A DNA stretch of 64,000 nucleotides, taken from positions 92,260 to 156,259 of the forward strand of contig CAYYSI010000002.1 in the NCBI GenBank assembly GCA_964474435.1, read 5' to 3'. Numbering within the stretch: the stretch's first letter is position 1; every line of letters starts with the position of its first letter. This DNA is from an uncultured Candidatus Saccharibacteria bacterium (lineage in GTDB: Bacteria; Patescibacteriota; Minisyncoccia; Phycocordibacterales; UBA9973). Position numbers and translations under genes: made by a program. Shown piece after piece: positions 1 to 9,055 of this stretch. The notes under the pieces were generated by a model that saw only the letters and a list, made by a program, of their open reading frames with translations, was not told the DNA's origin and did no database searches.

Positions 1-127
1 AGTCGTTATAAGTAAGATGTCTTTATAGGATAGCACCAGTCGGAACCAAAGCGTCCTGCGCCGAGATCTAGAACCGTAGCTGACTGCTTAGAGATTAGAG
101 CCTTCTTGATATACAATAGGTTTGTGA

Positions 128-1159
128 ATGTCTGATGACAGCATAGCATATATAAATATTATGTCAACCCCTACACCCAACCCTCTCGAACGCGCACCTG
201 ACGAACAATTTTCGGATACTGTGTTGCGTCCGGGATCGTTTGATGATTACATTGGCCAGTCTCATATTAAAAAAAACCTGTCGATACTCATCGGTGCCGC
301 AAAAGAGCGCGGACATTCCCCTGAACACATTCTTTTTTATGGTCCACCAGGGCTTGGCAAGACCACACTCGCACATGTTATTGCAAAAGAAGTTGGCGCA
401 AACATTCGTGTAACATCTGGACCTGCGATTGAGCGCGTTGGCGACCTTGCAGCGATCCTTACCAACCTCCAACCAGGCGACATGCTCTTCATCGACGAGA
501 TCCATCGCCTCAACAAGGCGATCGAGGAAGTCCTCTACCCCGTCATGGAGACCGGCAAGATGGACATCATGATCGGCAAGGGCCCGAGTGCGCGCACGGT
601 ACAACTCGACCTTCCACCATTTACACTCGTCGGCGCAACAACACGATTTGGCATGCTCTCAGCTCCGCTTCGCTCTCGATTCTCTGGGGGCGCATTTCGA
701 CTGGAGTTCTACTCTGATGATGAAATCAGTACGATCCTTGGTCGCTCTGCAAACATCCTCGATATCAACATGCCAAAGGAAATGCTTGGTTCTATTGCGT
801 CACGTTCTCGCCAGACTCCCCGCATTGCCAACTACCTCCTGCGCCGTGTCCGCGACTATGCGCAAATGCAAAAGAAAGATATTAGCGATGACTCAATCAA
901 AGAAGCATTTAAACTCCTCGGCCTTGATGAAAACGGACTCTCTGCAAACGACATCCTTATATTGAAAACACTCAAAGAAAAATTTAACGGTGGTCCAACG
1001 GGTGTGAAAAACCTCGCAGCAGCAACTGGCGAAGATGAAGGCACCATCGAAGACGTCGTTGAGCCGTATCTGATACAGCTTGGATTGATTGAGAGAACAT
1101 CGAGAGGGCGTGTGTTGAGTGAAAAAGGTAAGCAATATTTAGAAAATGCAGGAAAATAA
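128..1159 (+). CDS. ruvB: Holliday junction branch migration helicase RuvB
   Basis: LRPxSFDDYIGQ, Walker A GPPGLGKTT, LFIDEIHRL, GATTR, EPYLIQ..IERTSRGR; alternative start ATG at 161. Confidence 0.97.
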   Translation: MSDDSIAYINIMSTPTPNPLERAPDEQFSDTVLRPGSFDDYIGQSHIKKNLSILIGAAKERGHSPEHILFYGPPGLGKTTLAHVIAKEVGANIRVTSGPAIERVGDLAAILTNLQPGDMLFIDEIHRLNKAIEEVLYPVMETGKMDIMIGKGPSARTVQLDLPPFTLVGATTRFGMLSAPLRSRFSGGAFRLEFYSDDEISTILGRSANILDINMPKEMLGSIASRSRQTPRIANYLLRRVRDYAQMQKKDISDDSIKEAFKLLGLDENGLSANDILILKTLKEKFNGGPTGVKNLAAATGEDEGTIEDVVEPYLIQLGLIERTSRGRVLSEKGKQYLENAGK

Positions 1160-1640
1160 TCTCATTCTCGCCATAGATCCTGGATACGACCGCGTCGGCG
1201 TTGCCATTGTGGAGCCAGGGCGACCGTCGAAACTTGTGGACTCACTCTGTATTGAAACCAGTAAAAAAGATCTCCAAGAAGTGCGCCTGTTTCAGATCTA
1301 TACACAAGTCACCAAGCTTATAGAAAAATACAGTCCCACCCATATCGCACTCGAAACACTCTTTTTCTCTGTGAATAAAAAGAGTGCGATGAAGGTTGCG
1401 GAGAGTCGTGGAGTGATCGTACTCATTGCAGGACAACATCATCTCCCTCTCATTGAACTCTCGCCACAAGAAGTGAAACTTGCGATGGCAGGAGTGGGCA
1501 ATGCCGACAAAAAGCAGGTCCAAAAGATGGTAGAACTCACACTGAAAATTGATATTTCCAAAAGAATCGATGATGAAATCGATGCGATTGCGCTTGGATT
1601 TGCAGCCGCAGAAGCAATACGTGTTAAAAGCTTTCAATAA
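1146..1640 (+). CDS. ruvC: Crossover junction endodeoxyribonuclease RuvC
   Basis: LAIDPG, ALETLFF, AESRGV, GNADKKQV, DDEIDAIA motifs; overlaps the ruvB stop. Confidence 0.95.
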   Translation: MQENNLILAIDPGYDRVGVAIVEPGRPSKLVDSLCIETSKKDLQEVRLFQIYTQVTKLIEKYSPTHIALETLFFSVNKKSAMKVAESRGVIVLIAGQHHLPLIELSPQEVKLAMAGVGNADKKQVQKMVELTLKIDISKRIDDEIDAIALGFAAAEAIRVKSFQ

Positions 1641-1718
1641 ATACAAAAGTTCACTTGCAAAGAAAACAGTAGTTTGCTACAACATAGTGTATAAAAATTA
1701 ATTTCAATTATTTCACCA

Positions 1719-1973
1719 ATGACTACAGACGACGATTTTAAAGAATTAACAGGACCTGATGCACTCGATGTGAGTGCAGGCGATGCCGATGGTATTGTCG
1801 AAATCGATGAAGAAGAAGTTCCTGCAGTCGTCGAAGACGATGCTTTAGAAACTGATGGGTTTGGGCTCAACGGTCGTCCAAAAGAAGATGGTGAAGAAGC
1901 AGAAGACCCTGATGATGACTACTCTGCAATGGAAGCATTGCTCATGGAAGCAAACGGCTGGGAAGAACGATAA
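1719..1973 (+). CDS. Small, highly acidic hypothetical protein
   Basis: 84 aa, about 31 D/E by manual count; followed by a terminator hairpin. Confidence 0.75.
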   Translation: MTTDDDFKELTGPDALDVSAGDADGIVEIDEEEVPAVVEDDALETDGFGLNGRPKEDGEEAEDPDDDYSAMEALLMEANGWEER

Positions 1974-2005
1974 ATAAAATCTCCTCATATCGAGGAGTTT
2001 TTATT
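1974..2005. terminator. Probable bidirectional intrinsic terminator
   Basis: CTCCTC-atatc-GAGGAG stem with A-tract before and T-tract after, between convergent genes. Confidence 0.7.
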
Positions 2006-2436
2006 TATTTCTTTTCTGCTCGTTTCTCGACACACTTGGGACAGAGACATCCTTTTGGTTTGATGTATTCGTTCCAGTATTCTTTGCCGTAGTCATAGCA
2101 GAGCTCTTCACCAGGAGCAATGTTCTTGATCGCAGAAATATACACACGACCTGCTGCAGTATCAGGCTCACAATTGGCGCGACATGAGTGGTTGATATAG
2201 CGTGCGATATTTTTGCGTGTGGTGCCATCGATGTGGCGATTGGATGATGTCTCAAAGAGATATCGTCCGCCACGTCGGTTTGCTTCGGCGGCAGTGATCA
2301 CTTCTCCGAAGTATTCGATGACACAGTCGCCCTTTTTGATCGGTACCTTTGCAAAGAGACCGAGGCCATTGATGCCGCGTTTGACGACGAGGTCGTGTGG
2401 GGTTTTGTATTTGGGGACATATTTTGGGGATGACAT
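2005..2436 (-). CDS. SET-domain protein-lysine methyltransferase
   Basis: GLGLFA, IEYFGE, ARYINHSC, IAPGEELCYDYG, post-SET CLCPKC; start reassigned to ATG 2436 (TATACT 8 nt upstream). Confidence 0.9.
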   Translation of the reverse strand: MSSPKYVPKYKTPHDLVVKRGINGLGLFAKVPIKKGDCVIEYFGEVITAAEANRRGGRYLFETSSNRHIDGTTRKNIARYINHSCRANCEPDTAAGRVYISAIKNIAPGEELCYDYGKEYWNEYIKPKGCLCPKCVEKRAEKK

Positions 2437-2452
2437 GAGTGAAAAGTATACC

Positions 2453-3310
2453 TTATGCTCGCCATTTGGCGTAGATACCTGTCGAGAGGACGCGATCGCT
2501 CTCTGATTGAATAATACCAATATCACCATATGAAATAGTTCCTGTCGGCAATACTTCATGGAGAAGCTCTCCAAATGTTCGTGCGGAGTATCCTGATGCA
2601 TAGCCGTTGAGGATGACGAGTTTTGCATTTGGTGAGAGGAGTTGTGGGATGAGGGTGAGGAATTCTTTGAGGGATTCTTCGATTTTCCATACTTCCCCTT
2701 TGGGGCCGCGACCAAATGCCGGTGGGTCCATGACGATGACTTCGAATGTTTCCTCGCGCTGTATCAAACGCTTTGCGTATTTAAATGCGTCTTCACAGAT
2801 CACTCGAACTGAGTCTTTTGAAAGTCCTGACTGCAAAATATTTTCTTTGACTGTCTCAATTGTACTTTTGGATGCATCGACATGGGTTACTTGCATACCA
2901 GCGATCGCTCCGGCAACGCTCGCAGCTCCTGTGTATCCAAAGAGGTTGAGCATGCGCAACCCTGTGTGCTTCTTGCCAAGTGCGAGCAATTCTTCCCATT
3001 GATGTGAGTGCTCGGGAAATATACCGATATGTTTGAATCCTTTCAGTGAAAGCGCGAGTGTCATATCTTTCCAATCGATGTTCCATGATTCTCCAACACC
3101 ATTTCCAAGCTTCCATCGCTCCCCTTTATCTGCCCAGACAAACTGTGCTTGTGCATCTACCCATGCGCTTGGATGTGAAGTATTCCAGAGTACTTGTGGA
3201 TCAGGACGATCGAGGAGTACTCCACCGATGCGCTCAAGCTTCCTGCCATCTCCCGAGTCGATAAGCTCGTATTGATCCCACCCTTTTGTTGTCACATCTT
3301 CTCGTTTCAT
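2453..3310 (-). CDS. Class I SAM-dependent methyltransferase (RlmI/YwbD-like)
   Basis: YELIDSGDGRKLER, LNLFGYTG, VDAS, MDPPAFGRGP. Confidence 0.88.
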   Translation of the reverse strand: MKREDVTTKGWDQYELIDSGDGRKLERIGGVLLDRPDPQVLWNTSHPSAWVDAQAQFVWADKGERWKLGNGVGESWNIDWKDMTLALSLKGFKHIGIFPEHSHQWEELLALGKKHTGLRMLNLFGYTGAASVAGAIAGMQVTHVDASKSTIETVKENILQSGLSKDSVRVICEDAFKYAKRLIQREETFEVIVMDPPAFGRGPKGEVWKIEESLKEFLTLIPQLLSPNAKLVILNGYASGYSARTFGELLHEVLPTGTISYGDIGIIQSESDRVLSTGIYAKWRA

Positions 3311-4209
3311 TATTTTTTAACTGCAGCTGCAAGTGCCTCGGGAAGTGTTGGATGTGTGAACACAAAGCCTTTGTCGATCAATAGTTGTGAGCTCACGCGC
3401 TGACTTCGTGTCAGTTCGCTCATAAAGTCGCCAAACAGTGCCTTCGCGATGAACTTTGGAATAGTACCGAGTACTCGTCGATGTATTGCTTGCCCAAGCA
3501 TTTGCATAAACGTTGTGTGCATGACTTGCTGTGGTGCTGCAGCATTGACGAAGCCTTGGAGTGTCGACGTCTGAAGCGCAAAGAGGTAGGTGTTGACGAT
3601 GTCGTCCTCGTGAATCCATGGCTGCCAAAAATCTTTTTTGGAAAGCTTTAAAAGAAATCCAAATCGTGCACTTCGACGCAACTGGGCGATCATGCCGCCG
3701 TGCCCCACGACTGGCGCAGTGCGTATACAGACAACACGTGTCCCAAAGCTCTCTGCCTTGTGTGCTTCTGCTTCCCATGCAGCCACAACATCGGCGAGAA
3801 ATCCGCTGCCTTGCGGTGAGCGCTCTGTGAGTTCTTCACCTCCTCGCTCTCCATAAAACCCAACTGCAGATGCATTGATGAGGATGCTCGGTCGGCTCGT
3901 TGCCCCCTGCATGCTCTCGACGATATGGCGCGTGCTTATGATACGACTGTCGCGAATTGCCTTCATCTTTTCAAGGGTCCATTTTTTATTGATTGGCTCG
4001 CCGACAAGGTTGATGACTGCATCGGTGTGCTCAAGTACGTTGAACGGGAGCTGCTGCGTCGTGATGTCGCATTGGATGAAGAAGAGTTGGGCATGGGTAA
4101 AGACTGGCGGGAAGCGATCAACGACGATCACGGTGTCCCCAAGGGCGAGAAGTTTCTTTGCGAGTTGGGTTCCGATGAAGCCAGAACCTCCTGTAAGGAC
4201 AATAGTCAT
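3310..4209 (-). CDS. TIGR01777/YfcH-family NAD-dependent epimerase
   Basis: TGGSGFIG, SASAVGFYG-like motif, WE, PWIH.DD, F.F.HPTL.EAL. Confidence 0.9.
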   Translation of the reverse strand: MTIVLTGGSGFIGTQLAKKLLALGDTVIVVDRFPPVFTHAQLFFIQCDITTQQLPFNVLEHTDAVINLVGEPINKKWTLEKMKAIRDSRIISTRHIVESMQGATSRPSILINASAVGFYGERGGEELTERSPQGSGFLADVVAAWEAEAHKAESFGTRVVCIRTAPVVGHGGMIAQLRRSARFGFLLKLSKKDFWQPWIHEDDIVNTYLFALQTSTLQGFVNAAAPQQVMHTTFMQMLGQAIHRRVLGTIPKFIAKALFGDFMSELTRSQRVSSQLLIDKGFVFTHPTLPEALAAAVKK

Positions 4210-4262
4210 AATAGTCTAATGGTATCACGCGCCTCCATAGCCGTATGTGGTACACAACAAAA

Positions 4263-4378
4263 TAGCCCTGGCGTCATCTTTTCCCGGAAGTAGATCTTGG
4301 TATAACACTTTGTGCATGTTGCAGAACAACAATCCCAAGGCTCACTTCCGGGTTTTGCAAAACCTATGATCTAGGCTA
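4263..4378. ncRNA. Candidate structured non-coding RNA (long interrupted hairpin)
   Basis: Nested inverted repeats: TAGCC(C)TGG(C)GTCAT/ATGATCTAGGCTA, CCCGGAAGT/ACTTCCGGG, CTTGG/CCAAG, with an internal bubble; family not recognised. Confidence 0.4.
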
Positions 4379-4389
4379 GTATGCGGCGT

Positions 4390-4548
4390 ATGGATACCTT
4401 CCTCGATATCGCCGAAACCGTGCTTTTGGCAATACTCAACTTTGCATACTTTGTGATACTCTCACTGATCTTTTTGCCTGCGTTTTTCATCGTCACCTAT
4501 CTCCAAAAAACATGGGAGGAATCGATGAAAAAGACACTCGGGCTCTAG
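4390..4548 (+). CDS. Small membrane protein, not in the ORF track
   Basis: MDTFLDIAETVLLAILNFAYFVILSLIFLPAFFIVTYLQKTWEESMKKTLGL; alternative ATG 4381; stop overlaps the tyrS stop. Confidence 0.65.
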   Translation: MDTFLDIAETVLLAILNFAYFVILSLIFLPAFFIVTYLQKTWEESMKKTLGL

Positions 4549-5738
4549 ACTATTTTGATAAATCGATTTTTACCAACCTTGTAGGTACCCGTGAGTACAA
4601 CCGTCGTGTCGGTTATTTTTTCTTTTGATTCAAAATCTGAAATAGCTCCTGCTTCAACAAGTCTGCGGAGCGCGCTTTTGGATTCAACGATTCCTTCATC
4701 AATGAGCAGGGTTTCGAGTGTGCGACCCTTGCCGACAAATTCGGTAATCGCATCACTTACTTCTCTCTGTTGAAATGTCGCCACAAATGCAGCTTCGGCT
4801 TTGACGGCATCAGCATCACTTGTACAAGTTTTCACAATTTCAAATGCCAAGCGCATTTTGATGTCGCGTGGATTGATACCCTTTTGCAATTCGTCTGCAA
4901 TATTTTTTACTTGTGTGAGCGTGTAGTCAGTGCAGAGCTCAAACCCTGAAAGAATCATACCATCGGTCCATGACATTACTTTTCCATAAATGTCTGCAGG
5001 TGTATCGGTAAATGCAATCATATTTCCTTCACTTTTTCCCATCTTTTTGCCGTTTGCATCTGCGAGAAGCTTCATTGTGATGACAAACTTTTCTTTATTC
5101 TTTAGCTGTTTGAGGAGTGTGCGTCCTGCAAGCATATTGAAGAGTTGATCGTTGCCACCAACTTCTCCATCAACATCCATTGCGACCGAATCGTAGCCTT
5201 GCATGAGTGGGTACATGAACTCGTGTATGTAAATTGGTTTCTCTTCCTCCATGCGTTTCTGGAACATGTCGCGCTTGAGCATTTGGTCCACTGTCATGTT
5301 GGATGCGAGTGATAGTACATCTGCAAACTTCATCTTGCCGAGCCATTTATTGTTGAACTTCACCGTTGCAGCATTTGCACCAGAGAAACGAATAAATTTA
5401 GAAGCCTGTTTTTTGTATAGCTTGAGATTGGTTTTGATTTCTTTCTCAGTCAGTTGTGCTCGTGCAGCACCTTTGTCAGTTGGATCACCAATGCGAGCAG
5501 TGAAGTCTCCGATCAGAAAGATGATCTTGTGTCCAAGGTCCTGGAAATGGCGAAGCTTGCGAAGCGTAATCGCATGCCCAATATGGAGCGTTGCTGCGGT
5601 CGCATCATACCCACAATATATCGTGAGTTTCTTGCCACTCTTGAGTGCTGTCTCCACAAACCCCTTACTTGGTAATATCTCCGCAACTCCCTTCTCAAGC
5701 AATGTCTGAATTTTCTCCTCCTTGTCCATGTGTTCCAT
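4545..5738 (-). CDS. tyrS: Tyrosine--tRNA ligase
   Basis: HIGH motif, IGDPT, YPLMQGYD, GGNDQLFN, KMGKS, C-terminal S4-like domain. Confidence 0.97.
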   Translation of the reverse strand: MEHMDKEEKIQTLLEKGVAEILPSKGFVETALKSGKKLTIYCGYDATAATLHIGHAITLRKLRHFQDLGHKIIFLIGDFTARIGDPTDKGAARAQLTEKEIKTNLKLYKKQASKFIRFSGANAATVKFNNKWLGKMKFADVLSLASNMTVDQMLKRDMFQKRMEEEKPIYIHEFMYPLMQGYDSVAMDVDGEVGGNDQLFNMLAGRTLLKQLKNKEKFVITMKLLADANGKKMGKSEGNMIAFTDTPADIYGKVMSWTDGMILSGFELCTDYTLTQVKNIADELQKGINPRDIKMRLAFEIVKTCTSDADAVKAEAAFVATFQQREVSDAITEFVGKGRTLETLLIDEGIVESKSALRRLVEAGAISDFESKEKITDTTVVLTGTYKVGKNRFIKIV

Positions 5739-5793
5739 ATATGGAGAGATTGTAGCATTTTCTATTATAGGTGGATATTTGTATACTATCGGT

Positions 5794-6222
5794 ATGAAAC
5801 GTATCTTTACTCGGCTCCATATATACCTCAGTCACCACTCATTCCTCTATGCCCTCATTGTTGGCATTGCCATCGTCCTCTTTTGGCGCGGCGTGTGGCA
5901 CACAGTAGACCTCCTCCATCTCTATATCAGTCACTATCATGCAACTGCGAGCATCGACTTCTCTGAGCATCCATGGTGGGACGGTCCTCTCTCATTCGTC
6001 GTGGGCTGTATCGTCTTGTACATCTCTCGCGCATTTGTCTCAAGCTTCATCGGTAACGAACTCATCCTCTCGGGCCTCCGCACAGAAAAAAAGATCACTC
6101 GCCAGACTGACTCAGACCTTAAGACAGAAGTCACAGCCATCTCCGAGATCAAAGAAGAAATCGAAACCATCACCCGCAAACTCGGCGACCTCGAATCCCA
6201 AATCAAAGATCATCATACATAA
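5794..6222 (+). CDS. Hypothetical membrane protein (2 TM plus C-terminal coiled coil)
   Basis: Hydrophobic helices, LFWRGVW, FIGNELILSGL; start at ATG 5794 after TATACT-N6. Confidence 0.8.
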   Translation: MKRIFTRLHIYLSHHSFLYALIVGIAIVLFWRGVWHTVDLLHLYISHYHATASIDFSEHPWWDGPLSFVVGCIVLYISRAFVSSFIGNELILSGLRTEKKITRQTDSDLKTEVTAISEIKEEIETITRKLGDLESQIKDHHT

Positions 6223-6292
6223 AACCAGATTGTAAGGAAGTGATGAACCGCTTCGTCTTCTATAAATAGCTTTATTTGCTATGATAGCTAGT

Positions 6293-8806
6293 ATGCCAAA
6301 GAAAAAACACTCACTTAAAGAATGGTTCAAAAACCTGCACTGGAAGAAGATCTGGTTCATCTGCCTTACAGCATTTTTCGTCCTTGTAGGATTCGGGTTG
6401 ATATGGGCTGCGACGATCAGGCTCCCTGATGTCTCGACATTTGAGGCTCGCAAGATTGCAAATTCGTCCAAGATCACCGACAAGACCGGCGAAGTCGTCC
6501 TCTATGACATCAACCAAGGTGTGCGACGTACCGAGATCCCTTTTGATCAAATGGGTGACAATATCAAGCACGCAGTTGTCTCGATCGAAGACGCGCACTT
6601 TTATACCCACAAAGGTATACGTCCAACATCGATCATCAGAGCGATCTTTGTAAACATTTTCTCAGGAAGCTTCTCACAAGGAGGTTCAACTCTCACACAA
6701 CAGATCATCAAAAATACCCTCCTCAACACTGATAAGACTGTCGTGCGCAAGTTTAAGGAATGGGTACTCGCAATCAAACTCGAGCGACACTTCACCAAGG
6801 ACCAGATCCTCACAATCTACCTCAACGATGCACCATTTGGAAGCACGATCTATGGTGTTCAAGAAGCATCCAAGGCATTTTTCCTCAAGGATGCCAAAGA
6901 CCTCACTGTTGCAGAGAGTGCGTACCTCGCCGCAATGATGCCTGCACCGAGCTACTACTCCCCATTTGGGAAACATAAGGACAAGCTCGATGAACGCAAA
7001 AATCTCGTGTTGTCCAAAATGAAAGAATATGGACACATCACCGACGAGCAGTACCTCGCCGCAAAGACTGAGACAGTGACATTCAACATTAGTGCATCCA
7101 ACAGTATCAAGGCTCCACACTTTACGTTTTGGATCCTCGACTACCTTGAACAAAAGTATGGGAAAGACGTGATGGAGAGTGGAGGCTTTACGATCAAGAC
7201 AACGCTTGATTTCGAGATGCAGCAAAAGGCAGAAGAAGCAATCGCACAATACGCCGAGTCAAACCTCAAGAAATACAATGCATCAAACGAAGCACTTGTT
7301 GCAATCGATCCTACCACTGGGCAAATACTCGCAATGGTTGGTTCAAAGGACTACTTCAGCAAGGACATTGATGGAGCGTACAATATCGCGACTGCAAACC
7401 GACAACCGGGTTCATCATTCAAGCCATTTGCATATCTCACTGCATTTGCTGAAGGGTATACCCCAGAAACCGTACTCTTTGATGTACCAACAGAGTTTTC
7501 AACAAGTTGTGATGCGAGTTCAAACCCAATCAATGGAAACACTGCAAAGGATTGTTATCACCCACAAAACTTTGATGGGAAATTCAAAGGTCCTATTTCA
7601 CTCCGAAGCGCAATTGCAGAGTCACGCAACGTACCATCTGTGAAACTCCTCTACCTCGCAGGAGTCGATGATGTCGTGAAAAATGCGCACGCACTTGGTA
7701 TTACAACACTTCAAAATCCAAAAGAAATCGGTCTCTCGCTCGTACTCGGAGGTGGCGAAGTTACCCTTCTCGATATGACGAGCGCATACAGTACGTTTGC
7801 AAACAGTGGCCTGCGCAATCCAGCAACTGGCATCCTCTCAGTCACTGATCACTCTGGCAAAGTACTCGAGGAGTTTGAACCTGACACCCAACAAGTGATT
7901 GATAAAAATGCAGTGCTAACACTCAATGATGTCCTCTCTGATGCAACTGCCCGTGTTCCAACCTTTGGGTCATCAATCACGATCCCAGGTGTTGCTGTGA
8001 AAACTGGTACCACCAACGACGATCGCGATGCGTGGATTATGGGCTATACTCCTACACTTGCAGTGGGTGTATGGTCTGGAAATAATGATAATAAATCGAT
8101 GCACTCTGGTGGTGGTGCAGTCTCTGGACCAATCTGGAAAACATTTATGGAAGGATATCTCAAAGAACATCCCTCACCTGCATTTGAAAAACCAATACCT
8201 GATCCAGAGTACGACTCCCTTAAACCAATCCTTCGTGGCCAATGGATGGGAAACCACGCAGTTGAGATAGATAGTGTGACCGGACTTCGTGCAACTGATG
8301 CCACACCTGCAGCCTCTCGTATTGAAAAGATTATTACTGATGTCCAAGACATCTTGTACTGGGTAGATAAAAAAGATCCACGTGGTCCTGCACCAAGCAA
8401 CCCGAACTCTGACCCACAATTTCACCTTTGGAATCCTCCAGTACAGACATGGTGGGCAAACAACTACAGTAACTATCCTGGAACAACATTTGCTGATATC
8501 CCGACTGGATATGACACTGTCCACACCAACGATACTGCGTCAACGATCACGATCAGTGGAGTCTCAGGTGAAATGAGTGCACAGACTCCGACTGTTATTT
8601 CTGTGGGAACAACAGGACAATACCCACTCACGTCAGTTGATCTCTTTATTAACAACAAATACCTCACCACTCTCTCGTCTCCATATCGTCTCATCTTTAC
8701 TCCATCTGAGTATGGCTATAGTAGTGGCACCTACACACTCAAAGCAACAGGGACTAATAGTATTTTCTCAAAACAAAGTACTGAAAAAACATTTACCGTT
8801 ATCTAA
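6293..8806 (+). CDS. Class A penicillin-binding protein (PBP1A family)
   Basis: EDAHFYTH, GGSTLTQQ, RKFKE (GT51); SSFK, SRN, KTGT (transpeptidase); C-terminal Ig-like tail. Confidence 0.95.
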   Translation: MPKKKHSLKEWFKNLHWKKIWFICLTAFFVLVGFGLIWAATIRLPDVSTFEARKIANSSKITDKTGEVVLYDINQGVRRTEIPFDQMGDNIKHAVVSIEDAHFYTHKGIRPTSIIRAIFVNIFSGSFSQGGSTLTQQIIKNTLLNTDKTVVRKFKEWVLAIKLERHFTKDQILTIYLNDAPFGSTIYGVQEASKAFFLKDAKDLTVAESAYLAAMMPAPSYYSPFGKHKDKLDERKNLVLSKMKEYGHITDEQYLAAKTETVTFNISASNSIKAPHFTFWILDYLEQKYGKDVMESGGFTIKTTLDFEMQQKAEEAIAQYAESNLKKYNASNEALVAIDPTTGQILAMVGSKDYFSKDIDGAYNIATANRQPGSSFKPFAYLTAFAEGYTPETVLFDVPTEFSTSCDASSNPINGNTAKDCYHPQNFDGKFKGPISLRSAIAESRNVPSVKLLYLAGVDDVVKNAHALGITTLQNPKEIGLSLVLGGGEVTLLDMTSAYSTFANSGLRNPATGILSVTDHSGKVLEEFEPDTQQVIDKNAVLTLNDVLSDATARVPTFGSSITIPGVAVKTGTTNDDRDAWIMGYTPTLAVGVWSGNNDNKSMHSGGGAVSGPIWKTFMEGYLKEHPSPAFEKPIPDPEYDSLKPILRGQWMGNHAVEIDSVTGLRATDATPAASRIEKIITDVQDILYWVDKKDPRGPAPSNPNSDPQFHLWNPPVQTWWANNYSNYPGTTFADIPTGYDTVHTNDTASTITISGVSGEMSAQTPTVISVGTTGQYPLTSVDLFINNKYLTTLSSPYRLIFTPSEYGYSSGTYTLKATGTNSIFSKQSTEKTFTVI

Positions 8807-9050
8807 TCGACGAAACCTTAATCTGTTTTTCACGAAGCGCTTCGATAAGCGCTTCTTTTTTTAACAAGATTGCCATCTTTACTGGAGGTGCGGCGTTGAT
8901 GTAGAGCACACCACTTTTTAGTGTTATACCATCTTTGGAAAGAGAGATATGGAGTATTGAAGCAACACACTCAATCACGACATCTTTGTACGCGTGTTCG
9001 GCATCGATTTTCTTTTTAAGGTTATGAAGGATACTGTCAAAAAGTGACAT
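8799..9050 (-). CDS. Small protein, probable DciA/DUF721-like helicase loader
   Basis: ITLKSGVLYINAAPPVKMAILLKKEALIEAL pattern resembles DUF721; third gene of the dnaA-dnaN run. Confidence 0.55.
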   Translation of the reverse strand: MSLFDSILHNLKKKIDAEHAYKDVVIECVASILHISLSKDGITLKSGVLYINAAPPVKMAILLKKEALIEALREKQIKVSSIR

Positions 9051-9055
9051 AGATG

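Noticed and set aside
1-127. Non-coding start of the window, possibly the end of a structured RNA (tmRNA or RNase P)
   Set aside because: No tRNA-like 3' end or RNase P consensus is visible, and the region is truncated by the window edge.
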